Origin: Cetorhinus maximus
Taxonomy: Eukaryota
Length of the DNA stretch: 64,000 nucleotides
Assembly (NCBI RefSeq): GCF_964194155.1
Contig: NC_135901.1
Span: forward strand, 25,916,001 to 25,980,000
Direction: 5' to 3'
In this document: positions 51,981-63,429 of the stretch, one piece after another
Layout of the letters: each line of letters starts with the position of its first letter
How positions within the stretch are numbered: the first letter of the stretch is position 1
The notes under the pieces: generated by a model
Seen by the model: only the letters and a program-made list of their open reading frames with translations
What the model was told of the DNA's origin: nothing
Databases searched by the model: none
Program-made: the position numbers and the translations under genes

Positions 51981-52736
51981 TATTTTCTAAATGGGGAGAG
52001 AATTCGGAAATCTGGAGTGCAAAGGGACTTGGGAGTCCTAGTCCAGGATTCTCTTAAGGTTAACTTGCAGGTTGAGTCAGTAGTTAGGAAGGCAAATGCA
52101 ATGTTGGCATTTATTTCGAGAGGACTAGAATATAAAAGCAGGGATGTGCTGCTGAGGCTTTATAAGGCTCTGGTCAGACCATATTTAGAATATTGTGAGC
52201 AATTTTGGGCCCCGTATCTCAGGAAGGATGTGCTGGCCCTGGAGAGGGTCCAGAGGAGATTCACGAGAACAATCCCAAGAATGAAAGGCTTAACATATGA
52301 GGAACATTTGAGGACTCTGGGTCTATACTCAATGGAGTTTAGAAGGATATGGGTGGGATCTGATTGAAACTTACAGAATACTGAAAGGCCTGGATAGAGT
52401 GGACGTGGGGAAGATGTTTCCATTAGTAGGAGAGACTAGGACTCGAGGGCACAGCCTCAGAGTAAAGGGAAGATCTTTTAGAACAGAGATGAGGAGAAAC
52501 TTCTTTAGCCAGAGAGTGGTGAATCTATGGAATTCATTGCCACAGAAGGCTGTGGAGGCCAGGTCATTGAGTGTATTTAAGAGCGAGATAGATAGGTTCT
52601 TGATTGGAAAGGGGATCAAAGGTTACGGGGATAAGGCGGGAGAATGGGGTTGAGAAACTTATCAGCCATGGTTGAATGGCGAAGCAGACTCGATGGGCCG
52701 AATGGCCTAATTTCTGCTCCGATGTCTTATGGTCTT
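51981..52736 (+). mobile_element. Young CR1 3' fragment
   Basis: Near-identical to 14006-14760 reversed; attac duplicated at 51976-51980 / 52737-52741. Confidence 0.95.
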
Positions 52737-52925
52737 ATTACCATCAAGGGGATCAACCCTGCTTCAATCAAGTGTGCAGGTGGCATACCAGGAACAACAC
52801 GAGGCATATGTAGAAATGAGGTGTCAACCTGCTGAAGCTACAACACAGGATTACTTGAGTTCCAAACAGCATAAGCAGCAAGTGATAGACAGAGCTAAGC
52901 GATTCCACAACCAATGGTTCAGATA

Positions 52926-54595
52926 TGTTATGGCACAGCCGATGGTAAATGCTGAGTTGTTCAAATCAGAAAGGGGAACTTGAAGCAACTGCCACAACTT
53001 CTTTTGCAATTTGTTTATGTTTTGAGATGCGTGCCTTGAATTCAGTAGTAATAAGACCACCAAGTCTTATTGGTTTTTACAAAACTAGATTAAACATTTA
53101 TTAATAAAAGAAATGACTTTAAATACATACATAGATCTACAAATTACTACTTTGATAACTTCTAAATCCCCTGCTTAATCTGACTCCCAGTTGCACTTTC
53201 GTTAAGGCAACAGTAAGACACATACTTTCCTAAGTCCCAGGCAAAATAAACCATACCCTGAACAGCATCCAGGCTTGGGCTGACAAGTGGCAAGTAACAT
53301 TCGTGCCACATTAGTGTCAGGCAATGACCATCTCAAACAAGAGAGAATCTAACCATCGCCCCTTGACATTCAATGGCATTACCATCACTGAATTCCCCAC
53401 TATCCTGGGGGTTAGCATTGACCAGAAACTGAAAAGGACTAGCCATATAAATACTATGGCTACAAGAGCAGGTTATGCGACAAGTAACTCACCTCCTGAC
53501 TCCCCAAAGCCTGTCCATCATCTACAAGGCACAAGTAAGGAGTGTGATGGAATACTCTCCGCTTGCCTGGATGAGTGCAGCTCCTACAACACTGAAGAAG
53601 CTGGACACCATCCAGGATAAATTGATTGGCACCACATCCACAAACATTCACTCCCTCCACCACTGACGCACAATAACAGCAGTGTGTACCATCTAATAGA
53701 TGCACTGCAGGAATTCACCAAGGCTACTTCAACAGCACCTTCCAAACCGATGACTTCTACCATCTAGAAGGACAAGGGCGGCAGGTAGATGGGAACACCA
53801 CCATCTAGAAGTTCCCCTCCAAGTCACTGACCAACCTGACCTGGAAATATATCACTGTTCCTTCACTGTCGCTGGGTCAAAATCCTGGAACTCCCTAACA
53901 GCACTGTGGGTGTACCTACACCACATGAACCACAGTGGTTCAAGAAGGCAGCTCACCACCACCTTCTCAAGGGCAACTAGGGATGGGCAATAAATGCTGG
54001 CCCAGCCAGTGAAGCCCGCATCCTGTGAATGAATTTTTTAAAAAAAATTAAGAATCCAAATGAGTTCTTTTAACTTCAGCCCCTGAAGGCAGCAGTTTGA
54101 GGCATAGATGCTAAAGGTTTTTCACACTCGTTGAATCTTAGACTGCTTTCCCTTACACGCAACCTTCGTTCCTTTATACATTTCTTCCCCTTTGAATGCA
54201 AATTCCCATTGCTTCACTATGTCATTGGACTTTATGTTTCTGATAAAATCTCTCATACCACTAAGTTTTACCAGTAGTCTTTGGGAAAAATAAACACACT
54301 CTTTCTAAACTTCACCTGGCTAGGTGTCACATTTCACTCCATCTTTTGAAAACAATCTAGTCTGGTTTATTCAAAAATGCAAATATTCCCTTGACACCTA
54401 TGTTTCTAAACTTCACTATGTTTATCAAATTAATTTTTCAAACCTAACTTCTCTTCTTACATAAAAGCATCCAGACTAGCTGCCTCTAATTCAATTAAGT
54501 CTCTCACACACGCAGACACATATAGACACATAAACACATCCCACTGTTACTCTATTTTACAATAACATTATAATAATAATTATATCTTCCTGACA
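52926..54595 (-). mobile_element. Solo LTR (Gypsy/ERV-type) interrupted by a LINE 3' fragment (53267-54048)
   Basis: TGT...ACA termini, 4-bp flanks gata/gatc; host LINE is continuous across it; shares gtgtgtttatttttcccaaag with 58132-59050. Confidence 0.82.
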
Positions 54596-56942
54596 GATCT
54601 AAGCTCTGCAGTCCTGCCATATCCAGTCGTAAATGGTGGTGGGCAATTAAACAAGTCACTGGAGGAGGAGGCTCCACAAATATCCCCACCTTCAATGATG
54701 GGGAACCCAGCACATCAGAGCTAAAGATAAGGCTGAAGAATTTGCAACAATTTTCAGCCAGAAGTGCTGAGTGGGTGATCCAGCTCAGCCTCTTCCTGAG
54801 GTCCCCAGTATCACAGATGCCAGTCTTCAACCAATTCAATTCACTCCAGGTGATATCAAGAAATGGCTGAAGGCAGTGAATACTGCAAAGGCTGTGGGCC
54901 CTGACAACATTCCGGCAATAGCACTGAAGACTTGTGCTCCAGAACTTGCCATGCCCCTAGCCAAGCTGTTCCAGTACAGCTACAACACTGGCATCTACCT
55001 GGCTATGTGGAAAATTGCCCAGGTTTGTCCTGCACACAAAAAAGAAAAGTCCAACCCAGCCAATTGCAGACTCATCAGTCTAATCTTGATAATCAGGAAA
55101 GCGGTGGAAGGGGTCATCAACAGTGCTATCAAGCAGCACTTGCTTAGCAATAACCTGCTCAATGTCACACAGTTTGCGTTTTGCCAGGGCCACTCAGCTC
55201 CTGACCCCATTACAGCCTTTGTTCAAACATGAACAAAAGAGCTGAACTCCAGAGGTCAGGTGAGAGTGACTGCTCTTAACATTAAGGCAGCATTTGACTG
55301 ACTGTGGCATCAAAGAGCCCTATCAAAACTGGAGTCAAAGGGAATCGGGGGAAAACTCCACTGGTTGGAGTTATACCTAGCACAAAGGAAGATGGTTGTG
55401 GTTGTCGGAGGTCAATCATCTCAGCTCCAGGATATCACTGCAGGAGTTCCTCAGGGTAGTGTCTTGGGCTCAAATATCTTTAGCTGCTTCATCACTGACC
55501 TTCCTTCCACCATAAAGTCAGAAGTGGGGATGTTCACTGATAATTGCACAATGTCAGCAGCATTCACGATTCCTCAGATACCGAAGCAGTCCATGAACAA
55601 ATGTAGTAAGACCTGAACAATATCCAGGCTTGGGCTGACGAGTGGTAAGTAACATTCGCGCCACACAAGTGCCAGGCATCTCCCTTTTACATTCAATGGC
55701 ATTACCATCGCTGAATCCCCCACTATCAACATTCTAGGGGTCACCAGTGACCAGAAACTGAACTGGACTAGCCATATAAATACTGTGGCTACAAAAGCAG
55801 GTCAGAGGCTAGGAATGCTGCAGCAAATAACTCACCTCCTGACTCCCCAAAGCCTGTCCACCATCTACAAGGCACAAGTCAGATGCTTGAGGGAATACTT
55901 TCCCATTGTCTGGATGAGTGTCGCTCTAACAACATTCAAGAAGCTCGAAACCATCCAGGACAAAGCAGCCGCTTGATTGGCACCCCATCCACAAACATTC
56001 CACCACCGACGCATGGTACACACCATCTATAAGATGCACTGCTGGAACTCACCAAGGGTTCTTCGGCAGCATCTTTCAAATCTAGAAGGACAAGGGCAGC
56101 AGACACATGGGAACACCACTACCTGGAAGTTCCCCTCCAAGCCACTTACCATCGTGACTTGGAAAAATATTGCTGTTCTTTCAATATTGCTGGGTCAAAA
56201 TCCTAGAACTCCCTCCCTAATAGCATTGTGGGTGTACCTGCACCACATGGACTGCAATGGTTCAAGAAGATAGCTCACCACCAACTTCTCCAGGGCAATT
56301 GGGGATGGGCAATAAATGTTTGCCTAGCCAAAGATGGCCACATCCCATGCACGAATTAAAAAAGTTTTCTCCGTATTTATATGAAAGACATTTCTGTTCA
56401 TCCAGTACTGGATGTCAGACGGGTCAGGATGGTGTGTGACTTGGAGGTGATAGTATTCACAAGCACCTACCACCTGGTACTTCTAGATGGTTGAAGTTGA
56501 GGGTTTAGGAGATTCTGTCACAGTTTTTGTCAAGCTGTAAACATTTAAAATCCCACTCCTTCACCCCCTCTCCCACGTCTCTCTCTTTCTCTCCTCACCA
56601 AGTGTTCAGACTCTTGTGTACACCCAGACTCAGACTGGGTGGTAGGTTCCCTTCCCTAAAGGACACTAGTGAACCAGTTGGATGTTTGTGACAATCCGGT
56701 AGTTTTCAATGTCACTTTTTCCTCATGCCAATTCCACACATTACCAGATTCATTCAGCTCAATTTTACAACCTGCCTTTGTGTGTTTGTGGGTTCTCTCA
56801 TCCCTTTTTATCTGTTTTAAATCAATTTCACAGGATATTAGAAGTGGAGGATTTGCAGTCAGGAAACTCAAACCAAATCTCACATCAGGATCTGACAGAG
56901 TTGCTCAATTTATTGAAACTTGAGTATCATCAGAATTTGAAC

Positions 56943-57536
56943 ATGGAAGGAAAAAGCACCGTTCACAGTGGAGAGAAACCATACACGTGTTCTGTCTGTG
57001 GGCAAGGCTTCAGGCAATCATCTGGCCTGTCGAGACACAAGCACAGTCACAATTGGAAGAAGCTATGGAAATGTGGGGACTGTGGAAAGGGATTCACTCA
57101 GTCATCCTACCTGCTGATACACCAGCGAGTTCACACTGGGGAGAGACCATTCACCTGCTCTGAGTGTGGGAAGGGATTCACTCGGTCATCCACCTTGCTG
57201 ACACACCGGAAGGTTCACACAGGGGAGAGGCCATTCACCTGCTCTGACTGTGGGAAGGGATTTCCTGAGTCATCTCACCTGCTGACGCACCAGCGAATTC
57301 ACACTGGGGAGAAACCATTCACCTGCTCCAAATGTGGGAAGGGATTCACTCAGTCATCCCACCTGCAGAGACACCAGCGAGTTCACACTGGGGAGAGGCC
57401 ATTCACCTGCTCTGACTGTGGGAAGGGATTTCCTGAGTCATCTCACCTGCTGACGCACCAGCAAATTCACACTGGGAGAGGCCATTCACCTGCTCTGACT
57501 GTGGGAAGGAATTCACTCTATCATTCAATCTGCTGA
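56943..57536 (+). CDS. C2H2 zinc-finger protein (type A), 6 intact fingers, then a 1-nt frameshift; truncated gene or pseudogene
   Basis: AACATGG start; actgggagag at 57471-57480 lacks one G relative to the other linkers; two more decayed fingers to ~57638. Confidence 0.62.
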   Translation: MEGKSTVHSGEKPYTCSVCGQGFRQSSGLSRHKHSHNWKKLWKCGDCGKGFTQSSYLLIHQRVHTGERPFTCSECGKGFTRSSTLLTHRKVHTGERPFTCSDCGKGFPESSHLLTHQRIHTGEKPFTCSKCGKGFTQSSHLQRHQRVHTGERPFTCSDCGKGFPESSHLLTHQQIHTGRGHSPALTVGRNSLYHSIC

Positions 57537-57715
57537 GATACCAGCGAGTTCACACTGGAAAGAGGCCTTACATCTGATCCGAGTTTGGGAAGGGATTCAC
57601 CCAGTCATCCAACCTGCTCACCAGTGAGCTCATGAGTAAGTACTGTGATTTTATTTTGCTGTTAACCACATCCAGTTCTGAACCATGTTCATTGGGATCG
57701 TTTTTCTTCTTCTTC

Positions 57716-59586
57716 AAAGGAAGATGGTTGTGGATGTTGGAGGTCAATCATCTCAGTCCCAGGACATCACTGCAGGAGTTCCTCAGGGTAATGTCCTTGG
57801 CCTAATCATCTTCAGCTGCTTCATTAATGACCTTCCCTCCATCATAAAGTCAGAAATGGGGATGTTCAATGGTCATTATACAATGTTCAGCCATCACTCA
57901 TGGCTCCTTGGATATTAAAGCAGTCCGTGTCCATATGCAGCAAGACCTGGACAACATTCAGGCTTGGACTGACAAGTGGTAAGTTACTTTTGCTTCACAC
58001 CAGTGCCAGGCAATGACTATCTCCCCATGATATTCAATGGCATTACCATCACTGAAACCCCCACTATAGCGTGGCAACAAGAACAGGTTGAGACGAGGAT
58101 TTCTGTGGAGTGTTTCTCACCTCCTGTCTCCTGTCATGAAACTATAATAATTTTCATAATATTATAGTGGTTTATTGTAAAGTAGGTTTGTGGATGTGAA
58201 TGTACATTTTTCTGTCTGTGGTATTTAATGAGAGTCACATCGACTACAAGGTTGAAATTATCAAAAGAAGTGAGGTGTACAAACGGTATTATAAATGCTA
58301 ATGAGTAAGCATGGACAAGGCTTTGCATATAAGTTGCAAAGGAAATTTGAATTTTTAGATAAGTGAAGGAGTTGTTGGGTTTCAAAGGGATGATAGGATG
58401 TTTACAACTAGCAAGATAAGCAAGGCCAACCAGTGTGTTTATTTTTCCCAAAGGTACTGACCATATTGGCAATATGAAAGATTTTTATATTATGAAGAAG
58501 GTAAATTTCCAAAGACATACAGAACAAAGGAATTTACAGATTAAAGAGAGAGAAACATATATATAGAAGAATGAAAGGCTTTGTTGTGGAGCCATGTAAG
58601 ATCTAAGAGGAGTGTGTGAAACAGCCTTAGAGAAGCCCCAGCCATTTTTGCAGAAGTCCGGTAACTAAAGTTGGAGAAAAGCCTTTGGAATTCCACTGTC
58701 AAGTGGATGCTGTGGTAAACTTGCTGGCTTGCTATTTTAACTTAAAATCTGTTTTGGGCTGTTGCCTTAAAGGAGGTGTGTAGTTGGGAATCAGGTTAAT
58801 TAGTAATTTTGGGATTTGTTATTGTATTAAGTAACTGTAATCTTATGTACATGCTTGAAATATTTTTTTTTCATTAATAAATGTTTCAATTGAGTTTATA
58901 AAGTCTCTAAAGGTGTTAGTGCACACATTACTTCTGATCAGTGCACAAATCTTGAAATAAATACAAATTGCAAAACCCTTGTGATAGCGTGGATAAGTTT
59001 CCCTTGTGGATTTGGTCCGCCTGGCACACATCACCTGTCACGTCATAACACTTCCCAAAGCCTCCCCATCATCTACAAGGCACAAATCAGGAGTGTGATG
59101 AAATACTCGCCACTTGCTTGGATGGGTGCAGCTTCATAACATGCAAGAAGCTCAACAACATCCAGCACAGAGCAGCGAGTTTGATTGGTGCTCCGACCAC
59201 TACCTTAAACATTCATCCCTCTACAACCGATCCACAGTGACATCATCTACAACATACACTGCAGCAACTCACCAAGGCCTTTGACAGCTCCTTCCAAACC
59301 TGCAACATCTACCACTTAGAAGGACAAGGGCAGCAGGCACATGGGAACACCACCACCTTAATTTTCCCCTCCAAGCTACTCACCATCCTGACTTGGAAAT
59401 ATAGCACCATTCCTTCACTGTCGCTGGGTCAAAATGCTGAACTTCCTCCCTAACAGCACTGTCCGTATACCCACACTACATGGGCTGCTGTGGTTCAAGA
59501 AGGCAGCTCACCATTGCCTTCTCAAGGGCAATTAGGGATGGGCAGTAAATGCTGGTCTAGCCACATCCAATGAAAGAAGAAAAAAA
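57716..59586 (+). mobile_element. 3' fragment of the tRNA-headed LINE family split by a solo LTR
   Basis: GVPQGNVLG..FSCFINDLP; pieces 57716-58131 and 59051-59586; A-rich tail. Confidence 0.88.
58132..59050 (+). mobile_element. Solo LTR, 919 bp
   Basis: Termini TGTCATGA...TCATAACA; 4-bp flanks ctcc/cttc; AATAAA ~58876; no internal coding sequence. Confidence 0.85.
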
Positions 59587-60007
59587 TGTCCTCATTGTCT
59601 GCCACCGCTGCCGTCACGATGATAATGGCCACACTGATTCCTGATCTTATCCTTTGTCACTCTACACGTCCACTTCAGCATCTGTATCTCATGAGTATTC
59701 AGTTGCTGTTCCTCTTTTCTTGATGTTGTCCAAGTTTCTGCTCTATTTAACAAGGCCGGTCCTGTAGATTCTTCCTTTTCAACTTCAGTGACACTTTTCC
59801 ATCACAGCACACTGAGCCGCACTTCTTCCAATTACTCCAACCTAAGTTAATCCGTTTCTTAATTTCTATACTTCCACTCTCTGCCATCACTGACCTCCCT
59901 CAGGTACTTGAAGCTACTCACATTCTCCAAGACTTCGCCCATAACCTTTACACCTTCACTCTGATTCTCTTCCCTAGACTCAAACTGACAGTCCATAAAT
60001 TGGGTCT

Positions 60008-60215
60008 TTGGTTCACTAATGTCCTTTAGGGAAGGTAAATCTGCCATCCTTACCCAGTCTGGCCTACATGTGACTCCAGTCCCACAGCAATGTGGTTGAC
60101 TCTTAACCGCCCCCTGCAATGGACGAGGAAACCATCAATGGCAATTAGGAATAGATATCAATTGCTGGTCTTGTCAGTGACTCCCACATCCCATTAAATA
60201 ATAAATTTTTAAAAA
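60008..60215 (+). mobile_element. 5'-truncated tRNA-derived SINE inside the RTE
   Basis: tggttcactaatgtcctttagggaagg...caatggcaattagg...cccacatcccat. Confidence 0.85.
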
Positions 60216-60804
60216 CCTAATCTTCATACCCGTGTCTTCCCAGTGCTTTTCTCCAGATACTCAGTCATGTTCTCATTAAACCTACCACACAGCTCAGTGT
60301 CATCTGCAAATATCATTGACCATGGCAGTTCCTGTCACATTTGCTCAGTTCAAACATCTGTGACCATCAGGAAGAGGAAAGGGTTCAGTGTTGATCCTTG
60401 GTACAATGCAACTTTGATTTTGAAGCTCTCAGTCTCTCCCACACAGCTTCTTACTCTTGTCTGGAACTCCTTGGACATGTCCTGTAATAGTCGTACATAC
60501 TTCCCAGGGACTCCACGAATTCTAACACATCTCCAGTCTCCCTCCCTGGGCACCTGGTCATAAGCCTTCTCTAGATCAATAACTACAATCTTCATGATTC
60601 ATTGACCTCCCCAATATTTCTTCATCACTTGTCTCAAAATAAAAATAGCACTGGGAACTGTTTCTGCCGATGTTAACAAAGCTAAAAGTTTGACCTAGTT
60701 ATATGTGTTAATATTCTGGATAAAAGTCAAACCAATAAGCTTTATGTAAAACAGACAATGTGACAAGTCATTTAATATTTCTACCACAAGTTAATTTCTT
60801 TTGA

Positions 60805-61420
60805 AGGGCTCTCTCTCTCTCCCCATCTCCTCCATCCTCACCCCAAACAACAAGTATGAGGAGCTCATGAAGCTTCTTTGTCGCTGAGATTGAGACAATC
60901 CGATCAACTCTCTCTGCTCCTCCCCTCCTTTCCACTAGACCATCTGGCCAAACTTCCTCTAAAGATCTGACCAACTCTAGCCCTGAACTCACATCTTTCT
61001 TTAGTTTCTCTCTGATCTCCCATCATCCTCTCAAGACCTCATCTTGTCCATGAGACCCACCTTCTGCTCTATTGACCCTATTCTGCTAAACTGCTGACCA
61101 CTCAGAAGAGTTTTAAATGAGCATAAGTTTATGGAGGGTGGAAGATGGAACACCAGTCAGGAGAGCATTGGAATAGTCGAATCTGGAGGCATCAAAGACA
61201 TAATTGAAGATTTCAACAGGAAATGAGCTGAGGAGGGATGAAGAAACTGATATTAGAGGTGGGAGGAGCTGATTTTAGTGATGGAAAGGATAAGTTGTCA
61301 GTAGCTCAGCCCTCAGCTGAGGTTCAAATAGGAAACTAAGGTTGCAATCGGTCAGCTTCAGCCTCAGACTTTGGTAAGGGAGGGGGATGGAGTCGGTGAT
61401 GAGGGTGACAGTGTTAATGG
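60805..61420. mobile_element. L2 fragments, inverted paralog of 40830-41450
   Basis: Same two opposite-orientation L2 pieces and junction. Confidence 0.72.
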
Positions 61421-61889
61421 CGGTGGGTGGGGGCTATGGGCCCATGTATTAAACCACCTCCTGGGCCACAGCTGTAGAGAGTTGAGCATTAATTTGTCTC
61501 TGTCCCATAGGACAACATCACAGAAACAGGTCCAATCTCAATGTGGTGATAAAAATTTCTGTTCCCCAATTGGTCTTTCAATTACATTGTTACAATCCAT
61601 AATTTCCCATATGCCAGAATGTGACCCATCAATGACTGCAGGAGCCCAGTGCGATTACTCAGCACTGGGTTGTACTCTGAGCATGTACAGTACAAGTGGT
61701 GGATGTGGAACATGCTGATCAGGAGCAGGTAGGAGATGACGCTGAATTACAGAGAATACCGAGTCCAGAAACAGACCTTTCTGTTCGACTGATTTGTGCT
61801 GGTGTTTATATTTCACACAAGACAATTCCATTCCAATTACATCAACAAAGCTTTTTCGCTTATATTTCTTTATAGAAGTACCAGCACTG

Positions 61890-62058
61890 AAATAAAAGTA
61901 AAATACTGTGAATGCTGGAAATCTGAAATAAAAACAGAAAGTTCTGGAAATCCTCAGCAGGTTTGGCAGCTTCTGTTAAGAGAAACAGATTTAACATTTC
62001 CAATCCAATATGATTCTTCTTCAGAACTGAGTATTTCCAGCATTCTGATTTCATTTTG
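61890..62058 (-). mobile_element. Penelope terminal fragment, duplicate of 38881-39050
   Basis: Near-identical sequence and same right flank. Confidence 0.8.
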
Positions 62059-62189
62059 AACACATAATTGATGTAGACTTTATTGTCCTTACAGGTAACT
62101 GGATGTAAATCTGATTTCAGACCTTCCTCTGAACAGTTTTCAAACTGACTCCAGCTCATTGTCCATTCCTTCACTAAAGACCCGGATGG

Positions 62190-62730
62190 AAAACCCTCAG
62201 CACAAGATGGCGGCGGCCGGTTGCCCGGGTAACCTGGGCCTGTAACCGGGGAGGAAGCCCCGTCCTCACGCCTCTCTTCCCTCACCAAGTTGGCCGCCCA
62301 TGTGCCCGGCTCCCTGAACAAGACTCACCTTCCTCTGCCAAGATGGCGGCGGATGGTGAAGCCCTCCCCCCCTTCCCAGTGCGCAGGTGCAGTGTGGGTG
62401 TGCGCTCTGAGCATGCTCAGTGTCAGTCATGGTGACAGAGTGAGGAGGAGCGGACGCTTCGGGAGGCGATTGTGAGCACAGGGTAGGAATGGAAACCGCG
62501 GCTGGACTGGGAACTGGATCAACTTCTGGGGTAGGCCCCAGGCCCCGTGTTTACCCCGCGGTGACAGGCCCGGGAGGGAGGGAGCGATGGAGCCGGCGGC
62601 TGGACGGGGAGGATTTGGAAACACTTTGTGGATCCGCAAACCCTGAGGAATAATTGTCAGCTCCTGGTTTGCAGCTGCGGGGCTTCTCCCTCCCGGGAAC
62701 AGGTCCAGGTTAACGGCCGCCATCCTGGGT
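62190..62730. promoter_or_regulatory. CpG-island, probably bidirectional promoter of the 63.4 kb ZNF
   Basis: YY1-like AAGATGGCGGC at 62204 and 62340, GCCGCCATC 62716; GTGCGCAGGTGCA 62379, GAGCATGCTCAG 62409; minus-strand donor ag|gtgagt at ~62322-62329. Confidence 0.75.
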
Positions 62731-63429
62731 CAGCGAGTGGAGGATGGTTCACATCAGAGGATGGGGGAGGGGGGACAATAAATAAGAGGTTACACTTTGG
62801 GCTCAAATCAATGAGGAATCTGATCTGTGTTTGGGAAACTGTTAACAAATGGCCCCTTGTAAAACATGATCTCCAGTTGTAGAATTTATTAAAAAGATAC
62901 AGAGAATTATCCAACACTTTATTTAGATTTCAGCCCAGGGAGGAGGGAGAGTGTGTGGGACGGGGATTTACAGCTTTGGGGGAAGAGAGGAAAAAATGTT
63001 CCATAGAAACTAAAATTAACTGTTCTGAATTTCTGTGCTGTGCTTACAATGAGGTCTTTTGAAACCTCTGCTTACAGGGGCATCAGAAGGGAGAATTTAT
63101 AGACTGGTAACTCAAACAACATATCACATCAAGATCTAACAGAGTCACTTGATTCATCAGGAGCTGAATATCACCGGCCTTTGAACGTGGGAGGAGAAAT
63201 ATTTGCCTATTCTGACTGTAGAAAAAAAAAATCACTCATCTATATGACTGGAAAAGCACCGAGACACAATCACACCGGTGAGAGTGTTCCAGTGCACTGA
63301 CTGTGTAAAGAGCTTTAGCTAGTTACGCAACCTGAAAAAATTACAGCATTTACAGTGGGGAGAAACCGTACATGTGTCTGTGTGTTTGGACAAGGATCCA
63401 ACCTGGAGAGACACAAGGACACCCGCACC

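Larger units (their letters stand above)
51316..56363 (+). mobile_element. Second copy of the tRNA-headed LINE, internally deleted in APE, with nested CR1, solo LTR and LINE fragment
   Basis: A box TGGCATAGTGG ~51324; pieces 51316-51980, 52737-52925 and 54596-56363 are collinear with 20488-23684; RT ORFs 54771-55232, 55365-55616. Confidence 0.9.
57701..60650 (-). mobile_element. RTE-clade LINE fragment in the ZNF 3' UTR, hosting a LINE, an LTR and a SINE
   Basis: IDLEKAYDQVPRE...YQGSTLNPFLF (60350-60595), FADD ~60300, SSFKYL ~59910; (ttc)n at 57704-57715 fits a (GAA)n tail; ZNF UTR resumes at ~60652. Confidence 0.75.

Noticed and set aside
56709-56942. N-terminal 78 aa of ORF 56709-57536 as a novel domain
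   Set aside because: The first ~41 codons are intron (antisense SINE plus pyrimidine tract), and paralogs have stops or frame differences; only the post-acceptor leader remains an open question.
52926-59050. Two LTRs as the ends of one provirus capturing the 56.9 kb ZNF
   Set aside because: Opposite orientation, clearly diverged, and each has its own 4-bp flanks within a different host LINE.
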